Under the pieces are notes generated by a model. The model was not told the DNA's origin. It worked only from the letters and a program-made list of their open reading frames with translations, and ran no database searches. A stretch of 64,000 nt of DNA, taken from contig OY970067.1 in assembly GCA_963705305.1 (NCBI GenBank), positions 512,001 to 576,000 on the forward strand, read 5' to 3'. The translations under genes and the position numbers were made by a program. Source of the DNA: an uncultured Methylomirabilota bacterium. GTDB lineage: Bacteria > Methylomirabilota > Methylomirabilia > Methylomirabilales > 2-02-FULL-66-22. Shown one piece after another: positions 38,262-48,692 of this stretch (within the stretch, counting starts at the first letter, position 1; the number at the start of each line of letters is the position of its first letter).

Positions 38262-38898
38262 GCGGGCCAGACCGCAGCCCTCGATGTGCGCGAGGGGCCG
38301 GAGGTTGACGTGCGCCCTCCCCGGCCTGGCCGGCCGCTTCGGGTCACTCCCCGCGGGTGATTGGACCGGTGGTTCCCTGGGAGTGGTTCCCCGAGGGCTC
38401 CTCCCGATGGCCCGCCAAGCAGGCCTCGGCGATCCGGCGGAACAGGGGCTCGCTCGCGAGCGCGGGGCGCGAGGCCAATGCGTCCAGAATCTCTGCCGCC
38501 CATTCCAGACTGACCCCGGTGAGGTCCGCAATTTCCTGGAGGACCGCGCCGCGGCTCACGTCGGGGGCCGCGAGAAGCGGATCTTGGCGCGTGGCGAGAC
38601 GCGATGGCGGAGCCGTGCCTACCTCGCCTTCTCGGCTCCGGGGGGTGGCTCCATTACTCATCATGCCCATCTCTCTGCCGGATGGTGGGTAGTGTCCCCG
38701 AAATCAATCCGAAGAGAGGACCCGTCCGGCCCCATCGCACTAAGCTCTCACGCACGACTGGGGGGCCGAACGTCTTGCTCGGAGCCATGGCGCCGGGCAG
38801 TAGACGATCACGCTAGTGAACGGCTCTCCAGATGTCAACCGAGAAGCGCGTCATGAGCCTCCGCTTGCCAGAGATGGGGCCGAGCTAGGCACAGCGGT

Positions 38899-39951
38899 TC
38901 AAGCATCAGAACCTGCTGAGTCGCCCCTGATGGACACCATTGGAAGGAGGGACTGACCGGCTTCTCCCTGATCCACGGTTTTCCAGATCGACTCAAAAAC
39001 TGATTGTGGCCGCTCAGAACGAAGCCGCTTTTCGCTGGTGAACCAGAACATCCGAAGACCGTCGCGGAGCGACCCCCGTTCAGCGGCTGCTATGAGGAGA
39101 CTCCTCATCCGTTCTTCGGACTTCGTCACTGTCAGCACGCGGAAGCTCTTGATCCCGAGCTTCCTGATGTGCCCGCCCTGCGAGTACCACTCCCAGTATC
39201 CGAGGAGCTTCTGTAGGAACCGCCCCCGGGTCATCGTGGACCGATCGGCCTCCAGGAAGAAGAAGGCGCGGTTCCGGCCTTCGGGCAGCTCGGGGAACTG
39301 GAGGCCGAAGAAACCGTCCGGGTTGATCGGGAGAGTCTGGGATCTCCCGCTTGTGCCCACGGTCACGCGATCCTGGAGGGCGTGGCTTTCCGGCGTGAAG
39401 AAGAGAAGCCGAACATCCGGCCGCTCTCGGATCGCGAGCGTGAGCGCGATCCGGAAGTTCGCGATCATCGTTTGGTGCGCGATGTAGCGCTCTTGGAGAT
39501 CCTGGTTCTTCTTCCGCCACTCCCCGATGTCTTGCAGAACTCCCCGCTCCACGAGGATCTCCGCTCCTCTCCGACCCAGGGCGTAGACCATCGGGGCAGT
39601 TGGGTCTCCTCTCAGTCGGTCCAGATACCCGTGATGGAAGAGAAGCTGGAGTCGTCGATAGACGGCATCCCGGCTTTCCGGGAAAAGGAGAAGGTATTGA
39701 GGAGTGGACAAGAGACGATACTCGGCCGCGGCCTGGAGGAAAGTGAAGTCGCGTTCCTGGAGGACGAGCGGTGGCCGCCAGGAGGACTTCGCGCGGGTGA
39801 ATTTCGGGAGCCGACGGGAAGGAAGCAAAGCGGAATCCAGTCGGGGGGCAGAATATGTGGCAAACCCTCCGGGATAAAAAGGGTTGCCGGCAGAAACGGT
39901 ATCTGGAGACGTTTCGGGGGCGGTTTCCGGGACCATGCCCTCGCTCCTCAT
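38899..39951 (-). CDS. replication-relaxation (Replic_Relax) family relaxase
   Basis: RD...L......R.L...Q, RRLQLLFHHGYL, YALG..G, INPDGFF, FFLEADRST. Confidence 0.85.
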   Translation of the reverse strand: MRSEGMVPETAPETSPDTVSAGNPFYPGGFATYSAPRLDSALLPSRRLPKFTRAKSSWRPPLVLQERDFTFLQAAAEYRLLSTPQYLLLFPESRDAVYRRLQLLFHHGYLDRLRGDPTAPMVYALGRRGAEILVERGVLQDIGEWRKKNQDLQERYIAHQTMIANFRIALTLAIRERPDVRLLFFTPESHALQDRVTVGTSGRSQTLPINPDGFFGLQFPELPEGRNRAFFFLEADRSTMTRGRFLQKLLGYWEWYSQGGHIRKLGIKSFRVLTVTKSEERMRSLLIAAAERGSLRDGLRMFWFTSEKRLRSERPQSVFESIWKTVDQGEAGQSLLPMVSIRGDSAGSDA

Positions 39952-39977
39952 CGGATCGCCTCCCGGGGGCAGTTCTC

Positions 39978-40010
39978 TTGTACCACTGTTGTACCATTCT
40001 TGTACCAAAC
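39978..40010 (+). repeat. putative integrase arm-binding repeats (3 x 11 bp)
   Basis: TTGTACCACTG TTGTACCATTC TTGTACCAAAC. Confidence 0.75.
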
Positions 40011-40054
40011 CGGGCCTGACGAACGGAAACGACTGTTGACGAGTCCTGAAACAT

Positions 40055-40098
40055 AAAGCCGGTAACCCATCGTCTTGTCGTGGGTTACCGGCTTTTTT
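40055..40098. terminator. hairpin/terminator downstream of tRNA-Leu
   Basis: AAAGCCGGTAACCCA...TGGGTTACCGGCTTT. Confidence 0.7.
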
Positions 40099-40101
40099 CG
40101 G

Positions 40102-40187
40102 GGTGCCGGGGGAGGGAATCGAACCCTCATGGGGCAAGCCCCGCGGGATTTTGAGTCCCGTGCGTCTACCAGTTTCACCACCCCGGC
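40102..40187 (-). tRNA. tRNA-Leu(CAA)
   Basis: GCCGGGG acceptor stem, CGGGA-CTCAAAA-TCCCG anticodon arm, long variable arm, GTTCGATTC; TTGACA promoter at 40226-40231. Confidence 0.97.
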
Positions 40188-40377
40188 GTGAAAAGCGATA
40201 CCTTTTTAAGCCAGCCCCCCGAAGGTGTCAAGGCGAATCAGGCCGCCGGCGCCGCTGCCGCGCCCGAGCGGATTTTTCCCTTGACGCGCCGGGTTCTGGC
40301 TGGGTATAAGATGTTTGGGCTGAGGGCGAAGCGGCCGCGGCTGGACGCCGAATGACCTTCAGCTCTTTGGCATTTCT

Positions 40378-40453
<76 letters not shown>

Positions 40454-40563
40454 CGATCGCTCGAGGAACGGGATCGGTCCGCCGATCCCGTTCGGTTTTT
40501 CCGGGCGCCCCCGTCCCGTCCAGCCGCCGGACCCCGGCCGGGACCGGCCTGCCTCTTGCCGCC

Positions 40564-42546
40564 TCAGCCTTTCGCGGTTTCCAGCAGACGCCGCACCCGC
40601 TCGATCAGCACGTCCGGGTTGAACGGTTTCTGTAGGAAAGCCGACTGGGCGTCCATGCCACCCTGCTGGTCGGTAAACGCCTCGGGGTACCCGGAGATGA
40701 AGAGCACTTTCAGGTCAGGGCGCATGGCGCGCAGACGAGTCGCCAGCTCCGGCCCGCTCATCTCGGGCATCACCACATCGGTGATCATGAGGTGAATCGG
40801 ACCGGTGTGCCGGCCGACCAGCGCCAGCGCCTCGTCTCCTCGGCCGGCCCCCAGGACCTCGTACCCGAACATCTCCAGAACCTGGCACACCACCCCGCGC
40901 ACGCCGGGATCATCCTCCACGACCAGGATCGCCTCCTGCGTCGCGGCCGAGGGGACGTGAGGAACCCGGACGGCGGCTTCCGGAGCGGCCGGCGCCTCTA
41001 TGCCGGGCAGGCAAATGGTAAAGGTGCTGCCCACACCGGGGCGGCTGGAGACCGTAATCCGCCCCCCGCTCTGCTGCACGATGCCGTACACCGTCGCCAG
41101 CCCGAGCCCCGTCCCCCTCCCGCGCTCCTTCGTCGTGAAGAAGGGCTCGAAGAGATGGTTTTGGATTTCGGCATCCATGCCGCAGCCGGTGTCGCAAATC
41201 GTGAGGCGCACGGTGGGCTTCGCCGGACCGGGCGGGGTCTCCTCCGAATCGAGGACCGCCGTTTCCAGTCTCAACCTGCCGCCCTGGGGCATGGCATCCC
41301 GAGCGTTGACGGCCAGGTTCAGGATGACCTGCTCCAGCTGGCCCGGGTCCGCCAGCACCCAGGCGGGGGTCGGGGTCAGGAAGGTTTCCACCCGGATGTG
41401 TTCGCCCAGCAGCCGCCGCAGCATCTTCTCCAGGCCGGCGATCAGCGTGTTCAGGTCCAGCGCCTTCTTCTCCAGCACCTGCTTCCGGCTGAAGGCCAGG
41501 AGTTGCCGGGTGAGCGCCGCGCCCCGATCCGCCGCCTTCAGGATCTCTCCGATCAGCTCTTGGGAGGGGTCGCCCGGCGGGAGGCGGAGCTGGAGCAGGT
41601 CGCACTGGCCCAGGATGGCCATCAGGACATTGTTGAAGTCGTGAGCAACCCCGCCGGCCAGGCGACCCATGGCCTCCATGCGCTGCGCCTGGCGAAGCTC
41701 GGCCTCCATCTGGCGCTCGCTCGTCATGTCGGCGGCGATGCTCATGATGCCACACACGTTTCCCCGGGCGTCCCGCAGGGGGGCGGTGGACAGGCGGATC
41801 AGAACGGACGTCCCATCCTTCCGGCGGCGCTCCAGCTCCCTCCCCGTGAAACCTTCCCCGGCCAGGACCTGCGCCCGCAAGGACCGGAATTCCTCCTGCT
41901 TGTCGGGCGGGACGATCGGATTGGGACGGCCAAGCACCTCCTCGGCTCGCCACCCGAACAGCCGCTCGCAGGCGGGGTTCCACAGCCGCACGATGCCGTC
42001 GGGGTCCACGGCGTAAATCGCCAGGGGCGAGGCGGCGACCAAGGCCTGGAGGGACTCGTTGCTCTGGCGCAGCGCCTCCTCCGTCCGCTTCCGGTCGCTG
42101 ATGTCCCGGATCACGCTGAGGAGAACCCGTTCACCTGCGCAGGTCGTCCCGCACGAGCTCACCTCCACCGGAAAGACGCTGCCGTCTTTTCGCCGGTGGA
42201 CCGTTTCGAACAAAATGCCTTCCCGGTCGGCTTGGGCCATTTGATGGGCGGTCGCGGCCCGCGTTTCGGGGGCTCGCAGGTCATCGATCGTGAGGGAGAG
42301 CAGCTCTTTCAGAGAGTAGCCGTAGGCTTGAACGGCGGCGGCGTTGGCCTCCCGGATTCTCCCATCGGGTCGGACGAACAGCACGATATCCCGCGCCCCA
42401 TCCTTGAGGATCTGGTAGCGCTGCAGCTCCTCTGCGGTCGCAGCGCGGCCATGTTCGGCAAGCAGGCGCTCCAGCTCGGCAACGCGCGCGTGGAGCGAAT
42501 CCCTTCGCATGCTCTCCGGCTCCGGCTGCATTCGGTCAGTCCTCAC
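40564..42546 (-). CDS. PAS-PAS hybrid sensor histidine kinase/receiver (CckA-like)
   Basis: Two PAS domains, GGVAHDFNN, NARDAM, FEPFFTTK, GTGLGL, C-terminal REC. Confidence 0.95.
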   Translation of the reverse strand: MRTDRMQPEPESMRRDSLHARVAELERLLAEHGRAATAEELQRYQILKDGARDIVLFVRPDGRIREANAAAVQAYGYSLKELLSLTIDDLRAPETRAATAHQMAQADREGILFETVHRRKDGSVFPVEVSSCGTTCAGERVLLSVIRDISDRKRTEEALRQSNESLQALVAASPLAIYAVDPDGIVRLWNPACERLFGWRAEEVLGRPNPIVPPDKQEEFRSLRAQVLAGEGFTGRELERRRKDGTSVLIRLSTAPLRDARGNVCGIMSIAADMTSERQMEAELRQAQRMEAMGRLAGGVAHDFNNVLMAILGQCDLLQLRLPPGDPSQELIGEILKAADRGAALTRQLLAFSRKQVLEKKALDLNTLIAGLEKMLRRLLGEHIRVETFLTPTPAWVLADPGQLEQVILNLAVNARDAMPQGGRLRLETAVLDSEETPPGPAKPTVRLTICDTGCGMDAEIQNHLFEPFFTTKERGRGTGLGLATVYGIVQQSGGRITVSSRPGVGSTFTICLPGIEAPAAPEAAVRVPHVPSAATQEAILVVEDDPGVRGVVCQVLEMFGYEVLGAGRGDEALALVGRHTGPIHLMITDVVMPEMSGPELATRLRAMRPDLKVLFISGYPEAFTDQQGGMDAQSAFLQKPFNPDVLIERVRRLLETAKG

Positions 42547-42581
42547 CAGGTCCCAGGCTCAGCCGCGGACCCCGCCTGCTC

Positions 42582-42800
42582 TCACCGGGGCGACCGATTA
42601 TTTTCCCCCTGCCATTCCAGCCGCACCTGCGCCACATCGAAGGCGACGCCGCAGCGACGACAGAGGAACTTGGGGTGCCCCCACTCCGGCAGGTAGCCAG
42701 CTTCGACATCAGCCTGCCCGCACGTGGGGTGGACGAAAACATACCGGACGCCGCGCCCCTTGCCCCAGACCCACCGCTTGAACCGCCACCGGATGTCCAT
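42582..42800 (-). CDS. small Zn-ribbon-like protein
   Basis: HPTC...CRRC; fits the intergenic space in the same orientation. Confidence 0.45.
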   Translation of the reverse strand: MDIRWRFKRWVWGKGRGVRYVFVHPTCGQADVEAGYLPEWGHPKFLCRRCGVAFDVAQVRLEWQGENNRSPR

Positions 42801-42806
42801 GTTTCT

Positions 42807-44090
42807 TCAACTTCGAACTTCGAACTTCGAACTTCGAACTTCCCGAGTATACAGGCCCACCGCTGCAAACGTCACCACGGCATGCGGGTCCGGCGACTGG
42901 GCATAGCGGAGGAGGCGCCCCCGCGCCCCCCCGAGGACCCACAGGGCCGAATAGATGGGAGGCAGCCCGCAAATCCGCCGCCGGTTGCCGTCCCGGGCGA
43001 CCGCCGCAAAGAACATCCCGGCGTCCCCGGTTTCGACCGCCGCCAGGGCCTCCCGATCGGCGTCTGCGATCTCCCGCAGCTGTCCCGGCGTCACCGGCGA
43101 GGGGTCGCCGAACTGCGGGCCGATATGGGCCAGATCGGCGCTGGCGAGAATCATGGTCCGCCCTCCCGACTCGTCCAGCGTCTCTCGCAGCCCCGCCAAA
43201 AGCCGGGCCACCCCCGGGTCGTCCTCCGGGGATCGCCGCTCTTCCACGAAGCGATGGAACGAGCCGCAGAGCACCGGGACGATCTGCAGGGGCCGGTTCG
43301 GTGGGGTTTGATGCCGAAGAAATACGGCCTGGAGCTCGATGGAATGCTCCCCCCGATGGGCAAATTCGTCTTCCAGGTATCCCGCTCCCACCCTGGCCAG
43401 CAGTCGGTCCACGAAGCTCCGGTCGGTTTCCGCCCGCCCCAGCGGCGTCTCGAAGTCTTTCCGCGTCAAGGCGAACGGCTTCTCGATGGGGGCATGAGCC
43501 GTGCCCAGGATGACCCAGCGATCCACTGTCGGGAGCGCTTCCGCCTCCCGATACCCCCATGCGTAGCAGGCGCCACCCCGCGCAAAATCGATGTGGGGGA
43601 GGATCAGCCCCGCCAGGCGCTCGGCTGACGGGGTCGGGCGGGTTTCCCCGGGGCCTTCCGGGGCGCGGAAATACGCATCCAGCATGGTTGCCAGAGCCTC
43701 GGCCTCCGCTGGATAACTCTTCTCAGCCAGCCTGGCCGGCCGGGACTGGGCACGAAGGAATTCCGCCCGGATTTCTGCCTGGTGGGCGGCAAAGCGTGGA
43801 CTGTCCAGAAACAGCTGTTCATCCAGCGTGTGGATGACCTCCAACAGCTGTTCCCGGAAGAGCAGCGTTCCGAAGTGTCGTGCGAAGGCGGCCTGGATAT
43901 CCAGGAGCGAGTGCCTTCCGTCGAGTAACCCAAGAATGGCGGCTACTTGCATCCCAACGGAGACAACCGAGTCGGAATAGTGGAGTGGGTCTCGGAGGCA
44001 TAGGTGCCGCCGGCCTTCGATGTCGACCGGGAAGGCATCTACGGGGCGAAGGCGAGGGTATTCAACCCATTCGCCTGATTCATGGGTCAT
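42807..44090 (-). CDS. amrB: AmmeMemoRadiSam system protein B (MEMO1 family)
   Basis: SYP, ILPHID, LGTAH, TPLG, EHSIELQ, SADLAH.G..FGD, ICG..P. Confidence 0.92.
   Translation of the reverse strand: MTHESGEWVEYPRLRPVDAFPVDIEGRRHLCLRDPLHYSDSVVSVGMQVAAILGLLDGRHSLLDIQAAFARHFGTLLFREQLLEVIHTLDEQLFLDSPRFAAHQAEIRAEFLRAQSRPARLAEKSYPAEAEALATMLDAYFRAPEGPGETRPTPSAERLAGLILPHIDFARGGACYAWGYREAEALPTVDRWVILGTAHAPIEKPFALTRKDFETPLGRAETDRSFVDRLLARVGAGYLEDEFAHRGEHSIELQAVFLRHQTPPNRPLQIVPVLCGSFHRFVEERRSPEDDPGVARLLAGLRETLDESGGRTMILASADLAHIGPQFGDPSPVTPGQLREIADADREALAAVETGDAGMFFAAVARDGNRRRICGLPPIYSALWVLGGARGRLLRYAQSPDPHAVVTFAAVGLYTREVRSSKFEVRS
42811..42842. repeat. heptamer tandem repeat (CTTCGAA)x4
   Basis: Direct reading; translated as the amrB tail EVRSSKFEVRS. 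Confidence 0.85.
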
Positions 44091-44600
44091 GATGTTGAGC
44101 CGGGGACGATCTGTCCGTCCCGCCCCCCCCCTTTCCACGCTGGTCCGCATACCCAGGACGAGCAGACGGAGGAACCCGGGATGATGTCCCACAAAGGCAA
44201 ATACCGGAAAATACAACCTCTTGTGGATAATAAGGCCCAAAAATACAAGATAAAGTAGAGAAAGAACGCAAAACGAACAGTTTTTTCTTGACGACTACTC
44301 TCTGACCGAGTACATTGCCGTCCGTCCGGGAAGAAGCCCCGGGCCTCCAATCAAAGCGATCTACCACGCAGGGCTGCCTCGTCAACGTTCGAGTATTTCT
44401 AGGATTTATCCCGTCCTTTCATCCAGTTGAGGCACCCGCGCAAGGAGTATCCCGGCGACCCGAACCCGGGATACCGACTGATTCGCGGGATACACCCGGT
44501 AGAAACGCCACACGCCAACAGGCAATGCCCCCCTCAGGGCTCCCCCGTTCGCCCCTTCGGCGAGCAGGAGCCAGCCTTGGAGGGACAGGAGACGTTGGCC

Positions 44601-44864
44601 ATGCCCATTGAAACGACTCCCCGCAGGACCCGGATCAACCTTGCCAACACGGGCGATCGGCCGGTTCGGACCGTCACGCTCACTCGGCACAGCTGGACGC
44701 TCGCTCAGATCATTCTCACAGGCCTGTTGATGACCTATCTGGTTGGATGGGTGCAGGATCTGGAGCGGATTCACAATCTGAAGGCGGATCTGTCGCCTCC
44801 AACCAAGGTCATCATCACCAAGTACGAGGCCTGGGACCGAATCTACCACCTGCACGGACGCTGA
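44601..44864 (+). CDS. small single-TM hypothetical protein
   Basis: AGGAG RBS; one hydrophobic helix. Confidence 0.5.
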   Translation: MPIETTPRRTRINLANTGDRPVRTVTLTRHSWTLAQIILTGLLMTYLVGWVQDLERIHNLKADLSPPTKVIITKYEAWDRIYHLHGR

Positions 44865-45024
44865 CGGCCCCTCGCCGCAATTACCACACCATACGGGCAG
44901 CGACCACCCTCGCTGTCGGCGGTCGGCCATCCGTGATCGGCCCGGAGACTGCATTCTGCCGCCTGCCCTCGCTCTCCATCGCCACGGCTGATGGCAAAAG
45001 GCCGCCGTATGCGCCGCTCTCTCA

Positions 45025-46026
45025 TCAGAGATTCTGCGCGTCCACGGTGACTTTCGTCTCCTGGCGCAGCTGGCTCAGCCAGTCCGCCATGAGCGCCTGG
45101 CGCTTGACCTGCAGGTACTGCGCCCGAAACGCCTCCTTGTCTTTGAGGAACTCGGCCTCCGGCGGGGCCTCTTGCCCGATCAGGTGGATCAGATACATCG
45201 ACTTCTGCCCCGTGACCAGCGGGCTGGTCTCGTTCATCTTGAGAGCGTTCACGGCTTGTCGAAAGGCGTCCGGATCCGGGATCTCCTTGGGCGGAACGGC
45301 CGCAGGGAACGGTCCGTAGCGCTCGACCGAAACGCCGGCTTCTGTAGCCGCGTCGCCCAGGCTCTTTCCTTTGCCCATCGCCACGGTGATCGCGTCGGCC
45401 AGCTTCTTGCCGCTCTCGTCCGTCGGAAGCTCGACGACCTGGACCGTCAGCCGGCGCTCAACACGGTCGAAGGCATCCCGCAGCTCCGGATCCGAGACCT
45501 TGACCGCGCCCTCGACCAGGGCCTCCACCTTCTGCACGATCAGCTCCTGGCGCATCTCGGCCTCGAATTGTTCGGGGCTCAAGCGATTGGCCCGCAGGAC
45601 GTCGAGATACCGCGCCCGGCTGAAGCCCTCTTTGCTCTGGAAGACCGGTATGCTGCGTATATGATCCGCCAACTCTTCCGGGCTGACCCCGATCCCCTGG
45701 TCCGCGGCGTAGTGGAGGATGAGCAGTTGACGGACGAGACCCTCCAGCACCTGCCGTTTGACGTTCAGGGCGCTGATCAGCTTGTCATCCAGCTTGTCCC
45801 CGAAAACCTGCTTGTAGGATTCGATCTGCCGTTGCAGCGCTTGCTGGTACTCCTGCATCGAGATGTCCGTTCCGGCGACGGTGGCTACCACGCCGCGGCT
45901 GGCCAGATCTCCCGGCGTGGATTTCACTCCCCAGACGACGAAGATGGTCCCGATGAAGGTGATCACGATGACCAGCATCACCCCTTTGATGAAGTACGCA
46001 CTGCCTTCTCGCATGGTCTTGAGCAT
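45025..46026 (-). CDS. SurA/PpiD N-terminal domain chaperone
   Basis: ML..MR + TM + WG, VATV.G..I, IP.FQ..GF...Y...L. Confidence 0.85.
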   Translation of the reverse strand: MLKTMREGSAYFIKGVMLVIVITFIGTIFVVWGVKSTPGDLASRGVVATVAGTDISMQEYQQALQRQIESYKQVFGDKLDDKLISALNVKRQVLEGLVRQLLILHYAADQGIGVSPEELADHIRSIPVFQSKEGFSRARYLDVLRANRLSPEQFEAEMRQELIVQKVEALVEGAVKVSDPELRDAFDRVERRLTVQVVELPTDESGKKLADAITVAMGKGKSLGDAATEAGVSVERYGPFPAAVPPKEIPDPDAFRQAVNALKMNETSPLVTGQKSMYLIHLIGQEAPPEAEFLKDKEAFRAQYLQVKRQALMADWLSQLRQETKVTVDAQNL

Positions 46027-46152
46027 GCCTTTACCCTCTCCTATGACAGGAATGTCCGACCGAGACCATACTGCATTGGAGGCGACGTTGGCAAGGGGTT
46101 TCGGGGCTGCGGAAACGCAAATTTACTTGTCTTTTCTCCTACCGTATGTTAA

Positions 46153-47250
<1,098 letters not shown>

Positions 47251-47344
47251 CCTCCTCCCGGTCGCCCGTCCGGCTCGCGGGGGAATGCGACCCTGCCGAT
47301 GAGGGAATCGGGACGGCCCGGGAGCAGCGCACGGGGCGAGGCTT

Positions 47345-48214
47345 GTGAGCGGTCTCTGGCGCCTCCTGACCCGGCATCGTCGGGCGGCCATCCTGGCCTC
47401 CGCCCTCCTCCTGTCTTTTCTCCTCATGACCCTCCAGGTGCGGCACGAGCAGGCGGTGGTGAGCATCACGCGGCAGGCGATCCTGCTGGTCGTCTCCCCC
47501 TTCCTGAAAATCACGACCGTTACGGTGGCCAGCGTCGGCCAGGTCTGGCATGACTACGTGGATCTCCGCCATGTCCGGGAAGAGAACATCCGCCTGCAGA
47601 GCGAGGTGACCCTGCTGCAGCGGCGCATCGATCGGCTCACGGAGCAGGCGCTGGCGACACAGCGGCTGCAGCGCCTGCTGGATCTGCGCGCGGCATCTCC
47701 CACCAGTTTTCTCACGGCCCGGGTCATCGGCAAAGATGCCACCAACTGGTTCCAGACGCTGCTGGTGGATCGGGGCAGCCTGAACGGGGTGCGCCGCAAC
47801 ATGCCGGTGGTGGCCCCGGACGGGCTGGTGGGTCGGGTGGTGGAGGTGACGCCGACCTCCTCCAAGGTCCAGCTGCTCACCGACCCGCTGAGCGCCGCCG
47901 GGGGGCTGATACAGCGGACGCGCGTCACCGGCATCGTCTCCGGCAACCTGGGGGCCGGCCTGCACGTGCAGTACCTCCCCCTCATGGCCGATGTCGTCGT
48001 GGGGGACGAGGTGATCACCTCCGGTATGGGCGGCGTCTTTCCCAAGGGAATCCCCATCGGCTGGATCACCGCAGTGGAGCGGCGGAGCGGCGCCCTCTTC
48101 CAGGAGGCGACCCTGCGCCCGGCCGTGGACCTGTCCCGGTTGGAGGAGGTCCTGCTGCTGACGCAAACCGAGACGCGGGAGGGGCTCGAAACGGGGGGCG
48201 GGGGGCGGCCATGA
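47345..48214 (+). CDS. mreC: MreC
   Basis: TM + coiled coil, GLVGRV, TSG.GGVFPKG. Confidence 0.97.
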   Translation: MSGLWRLLTRHRRAAILASALLLSFLLMTLQVRHEQAVVSITRQAILLVVSPFLKITTVTVASVGQVWHDYVDLRHVREENIRLQSEVTLLQRRIDRLTEQALATQRLQRLLDLRAASPTSFLTARVIGKDATNWFQTLLVDRGSLNGVRRNMPVVAPDGLVGRVVEVTPTSSKVQLLTDPLSAAGGLIQRTRVTGIVSGNLGAGLHVQYLPLMADVVVGDEVITSGMGGVFPKGIPIGWITAVERRSGALFQEATLRPAVDLSRLEEVLLLTQTETREGLETGGGGRP

Positions 48215-48687
48215 AATGGTTCCTGCCGGGCCTCCTTGGGGGGGCCGCGGCACAGGTCGCGCTCTTGCCGGCCGTGGGTGTCTGGGGGCTCCGGCCCGAC
48301 CTGTTCCTGCTGCTGGTGTTCTTCCTCAGCCCCGGTGCGAGCCCCGAGCTTGCCACCCTGCAGGGATTCGCCATCGGCCTGACCCAGGATGCGCTGTCTG
48401 GGGGCCCCCTGGGCCTTCGCGCCTTCACGTACAGCCTCCTGGGCTTCCTCATCGCGCGGCTCAGCCACAAGCTTTACACCGACAAGGCCCTGGCGCAGTT
48501 CTGGCTGCTGCTGGGAGGCTGCGCCGCTACCGGCGCCCTGACCTTGGCGCTGCTGACATTTTTTCTAGGCCCGCCGCCGCTGCTGTCGACACTGACGTGG
48601 GTGATTCTGCCCGAGGCGCTCTACAGCGCAGTGGTCGGCCTGGCGCTTCTCTGGGTGCCCCGGATGTATCGAGCAGTCTTCCCGTAG
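48211..48687 (+). CDS. mreD: MreD
   Basis: RPDL, G...D..SG..LG; hydrophobic; operon position. Confidence 0.93.
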   Translation: MKWFLPGLLGGAAAQVALLPAVGVWGLRPDLFLLLVFFLSPGASPELATLQGFAIGLTQDALSGGPLGLRAFTYSLLGFLIARLSHKLYTDKALAQFWLLLGGCAATGALTLALLTFFLGPPPLLSTLTWVILPEALYSAVVGLALLWVPRMYRAVFP

Positions 48688-48692
48688 ATCCG

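Larger units (their letters stand above)
4863..40187. mobile_element. ~35 kb integrative (probably mobilisable) genomic island in tRNA-Leu(CAA)
   Basis: att duplication, integrase, xis, arm repeats, relaxase and coupling-protein genes, mosaic GC content. Confidence 0.92.

Noticed and set aside
38284..38856. ORFs between mgsA and the relaxase
   Set aside because: Several competing frames, none with recognisable features; 38344-38670 is possible but unsupported
4863..40187. Prophage
   Set aside because: No terminase, portal, capsid, tail or lysis genes recognisable
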